Shown here: positions 39,136 through 47,144 of the stretch, one piece after another
How positions within the stretch are numbered: position 1 is the stretch's first letter
How the letters are laid out: each line of letters starts with the position of its first letter
Assembly (NCBI GenBank): GCA_965223705.1
Contig: OZ245015.1
Location: 2,656,001 to 2,720,000, forward strand
DNA length: 64,000 nt
Source: Myxococcota bacterium
Lineage (GTDB): Bacteria; Myxococcota_A; UBA9160; UBA6930
Reading direction: 5' to 3'
The notes under the pieces: generated by a model
What the model was told of the DNA's origin: nothing
The model's input: only the letters and a program-made list of their open reading frames with translations
Database searches by the model: none
Translations under genes and position numbers: made by a program

Positions 39136-39761
39136 GGATTCGGGCCTCCGGTCGTGCCTTGGGTTTCGTGGACGGGTTTCAGCGTGTCTTCGGCCGCTTC
39201 GTACAAGTTGCCGCAAGCGGCGCAGGGGATCGAGCCGAGGCTCCCGGCGAGGGTGACGCCGCAGCGACAGACCCAGCCGGCGCGCCTCGCGGGTACGCCC
39301 AGCATCAGGGCGTACGGTGCGACGTCCTGGGTAATCACCGCCCCGGCGCCGACGAGAGCGTACCGTCCGATCTCGACTCCGCAGACCACCGTCGCGTTCG
39401 CTCCGAGGGTCGCGCCGATCCGCACGCGCGTTTCGCGGTACTCGTTCTTGCGCGGGATCTCACTCCGCGGGTTGACGACGTTCGTGAAGACCATCGACGG
39501 GCCGCAGAACACGTCGTCCTCGAGCGTCACGCCCTCGTACACCGATACGTTGTTCTGAATCTTGACCCGATTGCCCAGGGTGACACCCGGCGAAATCACG
39601 ACGTTTTGACCGAGGTTGCAATCGCGACCGATGCGACTCCCTTCCATCACGTGCGAGAAGTGCCAGATCCGGGTCCCGGGACCGATTTCGCAAGGGAGGT
39701 CGACGTACACCGATTCGTGCAACGAGACGCCCGGGAAATCGTCGTCGTTTGTGTGCGACAC
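39132..39761 (-). CDS. Hexapeptide-repeat N-acetyltransferase (WbpD/WlbB-like)
   Basis: IWHFSH, LGQNV, KIQNNVSVY, FCGPSMVFTNVVNPRS, C-terminal CxC/CxxC. Confidence 0.92.
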   Translation of the reverse strand: MSHTNDDDFPGVSLHESVYVDLPCEIGPGTRIWHFSHVMEGSRIGRDCNLGQNVVISPGVTLGNRVKIQNNVSVYEGVTLEDDVFCGPSMVFTNVVNPRSEIPRKNEYRETRVRIGATLGANATVVCGVEIGRYALVGAGAVITQDVAPYALMLGVPARRAGWVCRCGVTLAGSLGSIPCAACGNLYEAAEDTLKPVHETQGTTGGPNP

Positions 39762-39764
39762 GAG

Positions 39765-40835
39765 CTAGGAGTGGGCCATGTGCGACGCGAACCGCGGAGC
39801 CGGTGCCCCCAGAGTCGGCTCGCTCGGCACCGCGATCGCCGCGCCGTTGCGCGTGAGCGATCGCTGCGACGCGTGCAGGATTTTCAGGACGTCGACGCCG
39901 CTGCGGCCGTCGGTGAGCGGCGCACGCCGCGCTTCGATGCAGTCGAGGAAATGCCGACACTCGTTGCGCAGTGGCTCCTCGCTCCAGTCGATCTCGACGG
40001 GTATGCCCGGGTGCCTTTTCGGGACGGGCTGCCCTTCCCGCCAGTCCACCTCGACGTCCCAGGACAAGAGCTCTTTCGTGACGTCGTCGAAGCTGACCAT
40101 GCGCTTCGATCCGATCACGACGAGGCGTTGCTCCTTGAAAGGATGCAACCAAGAGACGTAGATGTGCGCCCGGACGCCGTTGTCGAACAGGAGCTGAGTC
40201 ACGGTGACGTCCGCCACGTTGGGCTGCACGTACGAGCCGCCCGTCGCGACGACTTCGAAAGGCATTTGCCCGACCAGCCGGAGAATGACCGCGAGATCGT
40301 GCGGCGCGAACGACCACAGCGCGTTCTCTTCCGTGCGGATCTTGCCGAGGTTCAACCGGTTCGATGTGATGTAGCGCAGCTTGCCGAGCTCGCCGGTCTC
40401 GATGAGCTCTCGAATCTTCAGAATCGCGGGGTGGTACTCGAGGAGGTGCCCCACCATGAGGATCCGGTCGAGTTCCTGCGCGCGCTGCGAGAGGGCGCGT
40501 CCCTCGTCGACATCGATCGTCAGGGGCTTTTCGACGAACACGTCTTTGCCCGCCTCGAGCGCCGCCGACGCCAGAGCGAAGTGGGTCTCGGCCGGTGTCG
40601 CGATCATCACGCCGCGAACCGCCGGATCGGACAACACCTCGCGCGGGTCGTCGACGACGGGAACACCCGGCGCGACTTCGCCGGCGAGCGCACGACCTGC
40701 GGGATGCGTTTCGACGATCGCGTGCAACGCGCCTAGAGCCGAGAGATTGCGCGCCAGGTTCTTGCCCCAGTAACCGCACCCGAACAGCGCGACTCCGCCG
40801 GCGGTTGCTGCGCCGTTCCGCTGCGTGCCTGTCAT
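39765..40835 (-). CDS. Gfo/Idh/MocA oxidoreductase (WbpB-like)
   Basis: GCGYWGKN, FVEKP, MVGH, ENALWSFAPHD, VSWLHPFK. Confidence 0.9.
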   Translation of the reverse strand: MTGTQRNGAATAGGVALFGCGYWGKNLARNLSALGALHAIVETHPAGRALAGEVAPGVPVVDDPREVLSDPAVRGVMIATPAETHFALASAALEAGKDVFVEKPLTIDVDEGRALSQRAQELDRILMVGHLLEYHPAILKIRELIETGELGKLRYITSNRLNLGKIRTEENALWSFAPHDLAVILRLVGQMPFEVVATGGSYVQPNVADVTVTQLLFDNGVRAHIYVSWLHPFKEQRLVVIGSKRMVSFDDVTKELLSWDVEVDWREGQPVPKRHPGIPVEIDWSEEPLRNECRHFLDCIEARRAPLTDGRSGVDVLKILHASQRSLTRNGAAIAVPSEPTLGAPAPRFASHMAHS

Positions 40836-40929
40836 GTCGCCCCCCTCGCTCGCAAAGTAACCTTTGGCCGGCCCACGTCAACAAAAAACGCCTTGTAGAA
40901 CGGGCACGTAGACTGGGCGCGACAAACGG

Positions 40930-42042
40930 CTAACGGAGCAGCGCGGCGAGTTCCGCGCGAAAGCCTCGACGGAACGTGTCGGGCCCGAAGTGAAGGGCGT
41001 GTCGACGAATCGCGGTGGGGGAAAAGTGATCGATGTCGCTTTCGAACGCGAGGATCGCTTCTCGGAGCGACTCCGGAGACTGATCCTCGAAGAAGACGCC
41101 GGTGGGTTCCGACCCTTCCGCGTCGCCCGCCACCACCGTTTCGGTCGCACCGCCGCGGGCGAACGCGATCACGGGACGGCCGCTCGCCTGAGCCTCGACG
41201 GGAATGATCCCGAAATCCTCTTCTTGCGGATAGATGAGCGCCCGGCAGCCGGAATAGAGATCGGCCAGTTGCGCATCCGAAACCCGACCGAGGAAACGCA
41301 CGTTCGACGGAGCGTCTGCTTCGAGGCGACGACGCGAGGGACCGTCACCCGCGACCACCAGACGCTGCGGGAGCCCTCGAAACGCTTCGATGGCGAGGTC
41401 CTCGCGCTTGTAAGGGACGAAGCCGCCGACCAGTAGGTAGAAATCCCGACTGCAAGCGGCGATGGAGAAGCGGTCGACTTCCACGGGTGGATAGACGAGG
41501 CCCGCGTCGCGGGCATAGCGGTTGCGGATCCGCTCGACGATGACGCGGGAGATCCCGACGAACCGCGTGACCTGTTGCGGACCGCTCGTCTTTCGATCGA
41601 AGCGCCGCAAGTAGTGAACGAGCGGCGCGGAGAGAAGCCGCTTGAGACCGTGTCCCAGGTACGCATCGGCCTGATCCCAGACGTAGCGCATGGGCGTAAA
41701 GCAGTAACAGAGGTGTGGCGTCTCCACGTCGTGAGGAAGCGCTTTTGCGACCGCGTGATGAGTCGAAACGAGCAGGTCGTAGCCCCGGGCTTCGAGTTGC
41801 GAAACGGCCCACGGAAAAAGCGGCAGGAAGCGTCGGTAGCGCCGGCGAACCCAAGGCCGGTTGAGCGGGCTCGCGACGATGGTCCGGTCCTCGATGCGCG
41901 GCGACGTCGAGCCCGGCTCGTGGAGCAACGTGAAAAGATCGGCCTTCGGGAACATGCGGCACAGCTCTTCCAGGACGCGCTCGCCGCCGCGCATCCCGGT
42001 CAACCAATCGTGCACCAGCGCGACGCGCGCCCCGTCCGTCAC
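40930..42042 (-). CDS. Glycosyltransferase family 4 (mannosyltransferase-like)
   Basis: VHDWLTGMRGGERVL, TPMRY, EDFGIIPVEAQASG. Confidence 0.92.
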   Translation of the reverse strand: MTDGARVALVHDWLTGMRGGERVLEELCRMFPKADLFTLLHEPGSTSPRIEDRTIVASPLNRPWVRRRYRRFLPLFPWAVSQLEARGYDLLVSTHHAVAKALPHDVETPHLCYCFTPMRYVWDQADAYLGHGLKRLLSAPLVHYLRRFDRKTSGPQQVTRFVGISRVIVERIRNRYARDAGLVYPPVEVDRFSIAACSRDFYLLVGGFVPYKREDLAIEAFRGLPQRLVVAGDGPSRRRLEADAPSNVRFLGRVSDAQLADLYSGCRALIYPQEEDFGIIPVEAQASGRPVIAFARGGATETVVAGDAEGSEPTGVFFEDQSPESLREAILAFESDIDHFSPTAIRRHALHFGPDTFRRGFRAELAALLR

Positions 42043-43514
42043 GGGCGCGCGGGTTCGACTTCCGTCGACGCCAACAGATCGAACACACGTGCTTCTCGAC
42101 CGTTCGATTCCGCGACGAAGAGCGTGGTCACGTCCGCTGCCGTATCGAGCTCGCGGAATCGGTCGTCGTCCGTGATGAAGTAACGGGCTCCGCGCGCGCG
42201 CAAATCCGCCACGAGAGCGTCTGGAGCGCGGGTGCCCAACGGAACGAACGGCGCGTCCGCGTAGTACGCGAGTCGCTGTTTCGCGGCCGCGACGGGCGCC
42301 CGCTGCCGGGTTTCCCGAAGCCATTCTGCGGCGGCACGCGCGGCGAGGCGATCGGAACGCCGCGCATCGAGCTGCGGCAACAACGACACCACCGCCAGGG
42401 CGGCGACGAGCGCGACGGCGATGCGCCGCTCGGAGAACCGGTGCCAACGCGCCGCCAAGAGCTCGGCCAAGTGCCCGATCCCCACCCCCGCGTACCCCAG
42501 GGACAACGCGGCGACGGGCAGCACGTGCCGCTTGCTCACGTAGCCGGCGTGGTAAGCCAGCGCGAGGAGGACGAGCGTGTAGAGGGCCGTTGTCGCGAGC
42601 AGGTACCGGGCCCGCGGCCCCGGACGCCCGAACGCAGCCCAGATTCCCAGGAGCATCGGCAACAGCCACTCGACGCGAACCGCCGACAGGGCGGAACCCG
42701 CGAACTCGTCCGCGGAGCGGACGAGCTCAGCCAGCACGTCGCGCGCCGTGCCCTCCGCAGCGGGCGCCTCGGCGTTTCCCGGGAGCAGACCCTCGAGCCC
42801 TGCGAGCTCCGTCACGGATTTCTTCTGTGTGAACGTGACGTCTCCCCGGACCGAGGAGATCGCAAAGACGTAAGGAAGAACGACCACAGCCGCGGCGAGC
42901 GTCACCGCGGCGAGCTTCGGCACGACCGTCGCCCGTCGCGAAGGATCGCGCAGCGCGTCGAACGCGAGACAAGCCGACACCACAAGCGCGATGCCGAGCC
43001 CTTCGGGCCGCGTCCAGTAGGCGAGGCCCGAGACGACTCCTGCCGCCGCCAGCCATCGCGGTGCGTCTCGCTGCCACCCGCGGAACGCGAGCGCGCTCGC
43101 GCCGAAGAACAGCATCGCGTAGAGGCCGTCGCTTTGGACATCTGACGTGAAGGCCACTGCGCGCGGATGAACCGCCCACAGGATAGCCCCCACCCAAGCG
43201 GCGTTGCGGCCAAAAGCATCCTTGAGAAACCAGAAGAGAAAAGCCGTGCAAACGGCTCCCGCGACAATGGAAACCGAAGCCCCCGCCGTTTCCCAATCGA
43301 GACCGAGGAACGTGGCCGACCAGACCGTCAGCGAATACAGCGGATGGTAGGGGTGTGAGAGAACTTGGGTCCAGTCGCCCCGCGACATCGCCTGGGCGAG
43401 TTCGATAAAGACCGGTCCGTCGTTGAACATGACGCCGGCGCGTGCCCAGGCGATGATTCGGAGGGCTCCGGCGAAGAGGCAGAGGCCAGCGAGAGCCCGC
43501 CGCTCGAGCCTCAC
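42039..43514 (-). CDS. Polytopic membrane glycosyltransferase (GT-C, PMT/ArnT-like)
   Basis: NDG, HPLYS, SDG and TRPEG motifs with many TM helices. Confidence 0.72.
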   Translation of the reverse strand: MRLERRALAGLCLFAGALRIIAWARAGVMFNDGPVFIELAQAMSRGDWTQVLSHPYHPLYSLTVWSATFLGLDWETAGASVSIVAGAVCTAFLFWFLKDAFGRNAAWVGAILWAVHPRAVAFTSDVQSDGLYAMLFFGASALAFRGWQRDAPRWLAAAGVVSGLAYWTRPEGLGIALVVSACLAFDALRDPSRRATVVPKLAAVTLAAAVVVLPYVFAISSVRGDVTFTQKKSVTELAGLEGLLPGNAEAPAAEGTARDVLAELVRSADEFAGSALSAVRVEWLLPMLLGIWAAFGRPGPRARYLLATTALYTLVLLALAYHAGYVSKRHVLPVAALSLGYAGVGIGHLAELLAARWHRFSERRIAVALVAALAVVSLLPQLDARRSDRLAARAAAEWLRETRQRAPVAAAKQRLAYYADAPFVPLGTRAPDALVADLRARGARYFITDDDRFRELDTAADVTTLFVAESNGREARVFDLLASTEVEPARP

Positions 43515-43519
43515 GTGAT

Positions 43520-44332
43520 TCAGCTCTCCGGCCGCAGCGCTCGGTCGATCGCCCGTACTTCCCGAAGCAGCCCTTCGAACGCCGGGAAGTCGAGTTGGCT
43601 GGGACCGTCACAGGGAGCGTGCGCCGGGTCCGGATGCACTTCGACGAACAAGGCGTCGACGCCGACCGCCACCGCCGCGCGAGCCAGAGGCGCGACCATA
43701 TGGCGATCGCCACCGGTCGCGTCTCCCGCTCCGCCGGGGAACTGAACGCTGTGGGTTGCGTCGAAGCAGACCGGTGCGAAGCGCCGCATCGACACGAGAC
43801 CCCGGAAATCGACCACGAGGTCGCCGTGACCGAAGGTCGTCCCGCGCTCGGTCAGGAAGACGCCGCCCGCCCCGCCCCGCTCAAACTTCTCGACGATGTG
43901 GCGCGCGTCGTGGGGCGCGAGAAACTGCCCCTTCTTCACATTCGTCGGACGTCCGGTCGCGGCGCACGAGAGGAGGAGATCCGTCTGCCGGCATAGAAAC
44001 GCCGGGACTTGGAGGCAATCCGCGATCTCGGCGACCGGCTTCGCCTGGCCGGGCTCGTGAACATCGGTGAGCACCGGGACTCCGACTTCCGCGCGGACAC
44101 GCGCCAGAATGCGAAGCCCCTCGTCGATCCCGGGGCCGCGGAACGATCGCCAGCTCGAGCGGTTCGCCTTGTCGAACGAGGCCTTGAACACGAAAGGGAA
44201 CGCGAGTTCTTCAGCGGCGAGCCGAAGGCGCTCGGCGAGCTTCAGGGTCGCAGATTCGGTCTCGATGACGTTGAGACCGGCGACGAGCACCAGAGGCGCA
44301 CCGTTTCCCACGGGAATGTCAGCGATTTGCAT
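43520..44332 (-). CDS. kdsA: 3-deoxy-8-phosphooctulonate (KDO8P) synthase
   Basis: KASFDKANRSS, PAFLCRQTD, KKGQF, FDATHSVQ, EVHPDP. Confidence 0.94.
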   Translation of the reverse strand: MQIADIPVGNGAPLVLVAGLNVIETESATLKLAERLRLAAEELAFPFVFKASFDKANRSSWRSFRGPGIDEGLRILARVRAEVGVPVLTDVHEPGQAKPVAEIADCLQVPAFLCRQTDLLLSCAATGRPTNVKKGQFLAPHDARHIVEKFERGGAGGVFLTERGTTFGHGDLVVDFRGLVSMRRFAPVCFDATHSVQFPGGAGDATGGDRHMVAPLARAAVAVGVDALFVEVHPDPAHAPCDGPSQLDFPAFEGLLREVRAIDRALRPES

Positions 44333-44353
44333 GATCGCGCCTCCGCGCAGTCT

Positions 44354-45640
44354 CTATAGCGACCCAAGCGCCGAAGAACACCCTCTTTCCGACTGCCGGG
44401 CCGACGCACGCGTCGGGCGCGGCGGGTGACCGTGAATGACCGCATCGTACAAGACGTCGAGCGCCCCGGGGGCCGCGGTGGCCACCCGATTCCAGCTCGG
44501 AAGCGAGGGTGCACCGCGGGGGTCGTCGACAGCGACGCGGGCCGCCGCCCGCAGCGCCTTCGAGAACGTGGCAGCCGCTCGCCGCTCCTCCTCCTCGTCG
44601 AACTGCAGGGCGTTCAAGACCGCGTCGTCGCGGTACCGCGCGATCGCGTGCCGAGCGGCTTCTTCGTAGGCCTTCCGCACAGCGTCGAGGTGTTGCTCGT
44701 CGACCGGGACTCCCTCCCCTCTGAGATTCCGGATCAAGGCGCCGGCGATGTCGATCGCCATCCGGTGGAGCCCCGTTGTCGGATCATCGGGCGACAGTTC
44801 GCGATGCCGGTGCTCGTAGTTGTCCGCCAATTCGACCTGGCAAACGTCCTCCGCACGGACCGCGCGGTACATCTCGGCGAGCGTCGAGATCTCGAGCCCC
44901 CAATCGTTCGGGATCGGCGCGTCCTCGATCAGTTCGAGATCCATCGCGCATTCGCCGGCGAGCGGGTAGCGACAAGCGCGTAAGAACGTGAGCAGCGGGT
45001 GCGGTCCCAGCACGGTTTCGAGGGCGCCGAGCAACGGCGCAACCAGCAATCGCGTGACGCGCCCATACATCCGCTCGCCGACCCGGGCGTAGAAGCCCTT
45101 CGCAAAGCGGTACCGGAGTGCGGGGTGTACGATCGGGTAGACCAGGCGCGCGAGCAGCTCCGGCGTGTAGTTCCGGATGTCGCAATCGTGAAGGGCGACG
45201 ACCTCGACGCGGCGCATCGCGAGCAGATACCCGTACGCGAGCCACACCGCCCGGCCCTTTCCGTCGCCGCCGAGACCGAGCCCCGCCTTGCGGAGCAATG
45301 AGCCCAGCGTGCCGATCGCCGGACCGTTCGCCCACAACACGGCGACCGGTTTTCCGTCGCTCGTGCGGACGCTATCGAACACGCCCGCCACGTCGAGTAG
45401 CGCTTCCCGGTCGCGCGCCGACACGCTGACGACGACCTGACCGAGATAAGGAACGTCCCGCAACGCGCCGACGAGCTGCGCGAGCCCCGGCTCGTTCAAC
45501 TCGTCGGCGAGACAGGGCAGCACCAACCCGATGGGCCGACGCGCCGCGTGCTCGACGAGTTCTGAGGTGAGAGTCGCCGCGCGATCGCGACGCAAACGAT
45601 GGAGCGTCGCGATCGGACCGGCCTGATGAAAATCCGCCAC
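44354..45640 (-). CDS. Glucosyl-3-phosphoglycerate synthase-like glycosyltransferase
   Basis: MADFHQ, GKGRAVW, HDCDI, KGFYAR, GRVTRL, YPLAGE, DWGLE. Confidence 0.78.
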   Translation of the reverse strand: MADFHQAGPIATLHRLRRDRAATLTSELVEHAARRPIGLVLPCLADELNEPGLAQLVGALRDVPYLGQVVVSVSARDREALLDVAGVFDSVRTSDGKPVAVLWANGPAIGTLGSLLRKAGLGLGGDGKGRAVWLAYGYLLAMRRVEVVALHDCDIRNYTPELLARLVYPIVHPALRYRFAKGFYARVGERMYGRVTRLLVAPLLGALETVLGPHPLLTFLRACRYPLAGECAMDLELIEDAPIPNDWGLEISTLAEMYRAVRAEDVCQVELADNYEHRHRELSPDDPTTGLHRMAIDIAGALIRNLRGEGVPVDEQHLDAVRKAYEEAARHAIARYRDDAVLNALQFDEEEERRAAATFSKALRAAARVAVDDPRGAPSLPSWNRVATAAPGALDVLYDAVIHGHPPRPTRASARQSERGCSSALGSL

Positions 45641-45683
45641 CGGGGGACACTAGAACCCTTCGCCCGGTTGCGCTCCCGAGCCG

Positions 45684-46016
45684 TTATTCGTGTAGGTCGC
45701 GGCCTTCTTGGAGAACGCGGAGGGCGCGCGCGTCGATGTCGACGAACTCGAGTCCGACGTCCGTGGTGATCGGATCGACCTCGGTGGACCACACGACCTG
45801 CGCGACAGCGACGAGCGTCTCGTCTCCCACATTGAACGTCACGCGGATGACGTCTCCCAGGTCGAGTTCGATGCCCACAGCCTCGAAGCGGATCCCGCTC
45901 GCCGAGAGATCTTTACCGACGCCTTGCTGGGCGGGAGCGTCGAGCGGCATGAAGGAGATGATTTGATCCGTCGCGATCCGGGGATATTTCCGGCGCTCGT
46001 TTCCGCCCTGTTCCAT
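45684..46016 (-). CDS. PilZ-domain protein
   Basis: RKYPR (RxxxR) and DLSASG (DxSxxG) c-di-GMP-binding motifs. Confidence 0.88.
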   Translation of the reverse strand: MEQGGNERRKYPRIATDQIISFMPLDAPAQQGVGKDLSASGIRFEAVGIELDLGDVIRVTFNVGDETLVAVAQVVWSTEVDPITTDVGLEFVDIDARALRVLQEGRDLHE

Positions 46017-46074
46017 AGGGGCGTCTTCGGCGTGCGGGAGGCCCGGCTTGAGGTATTCCCTGCGGGTCGGCTCG

Positions 46075-46096
46075 AAAAAAGCGCTGAAAAAGCGCT
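46075..46096 (-). terminator. Putative intrinsic terminator after the DinB-like gene
   Basis: Minus strand AGCGCT-TTTTC-AGCGCT hairpin followed by a T-run; overlaps the stop codon. Confidence 0.45.
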
Positions 46097-47144
46097 ACTC
46101 GAAGAGATCGAGTTGCCGATCCGTGCCGGGCGCACGAAGCAGCCGGTCGACGGAGAGGCCGAGGAGCCGGACGGCCCGCTGGCCCGCGTCCGTCCGCGCC
46201 AAGAGCGAGACAGCGTCCTCGAAGAAGCGCTCCGCCGTTCGTTCCGGGGCCGCCATCGTGCGGCTTCGCGTCACCGTGTCTCCCTCCAGGTAGCGGGTCT
46301 TGAGGGTCAACCGGCGGGCGGATAGGCCCTCGAGTGCGAGTCCGCGGGCGACGCCGGAAGCGAGCTCGCGGAGCAGTTCGTGAAGGCGCGGCACGTCGAG
46401 CTCCGGGACTGGAAGCGTCTCTTCCTGGCTCACGCTGCGGGCGTGGGGGCTCGCGCGGAGCTTCGATTCGCCGACGCCGCGCGCAGCGTGATGAATCGCA
46501 GCGCCGTGGCGCCCGATCTGGTCGATGACCTCGGAGAGCGATTTTTGCGCCATCTCGCCGATTGTCGTGACGGACCATCCCGCGAGTCGTTCTTCGGTAC
46601 GCGGGCCGACTCCGGGAAGGCGGCGAACCGGCAACGGCGCCAGGAACGGGGTGATGTCCTCGGCGGCGATCCGCACGACCTCGCCGTCTCGCGCTTCTTC
46701 CGAGGCCAGCCGCGCGACGAACTTCACCGGCGCGATTCCCACGCGCAGCGGGAGCGACAGGTCCTCGCCGACTCGGTCGATCAATTTGCCGGCGAGCTCT
46801 CGCGCGACCTCTCCCCCTTCGACGGCGAGAAACGCCGCGTCGAGGCCCGAGAGCTCGACTTCCTCCGCCGCGCCGCGAAAGTGCGCCCGCAAGCGCGACG
46901 AGATCGCGCGATAACGACGCATGTCCGTGCGGACCACGCGCGCGGTGGGACAACGCTCGAGCGCTTCGAGCACACTCGCGCCCGGCGTCACCCCATCGCG
47001 CAGCGCCTCTTCGCTCGCCGCCTGGACGAGCCCCCGCTTGCGCGGATCGCCGCCGACAATGACCGGCCGGTCGCGCAGCTCGGGACGGGCGACTCGCTCG
47101 ATCTCGGCGTAAAAGCGCGGTACCTGCGCGAACACGAGTTCCAT
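46095..47144 (-). CDS. Y-family DNA polymerase IV-like protein, catalytic residues degenerate
   Basis: RPVIVGG, LPGVGPRT, little finger VRLLGL, C-terminal QLDLF; motif I reads AQVPRFY and motif III GLDA. Confidence 0.85.
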   Translation of the reverse strand: MELVFAQVPRFYAEIERVARPELRDRPVIVGGDPRKRGLVQAASEEALRDGVTPGASVLEALERCPTARVVRTDMRRYRAISSRLRAHFRGAAEEVELSGLDAAFLAVEGGEVARELAGKLIDRVGEDLSLPLRVGIAPVKFVARLASEEARDGEVVRIAAEDITPFLAPLPVRRLPGVGPRTEERLAGWSVTTIGEMAQKSLSEVIDQIGRHGAAIHHAARGVGESKLRASPHARSVSQEETLPVPELDVPRLHELLRELASGVARGLALEGLSARRLTLKTRYLEGDTVTRSRTMAAPERTAERFFEDAVSLLARTDAGQRAVRLLGLSVDRLLRAPGTDRQLDLFE

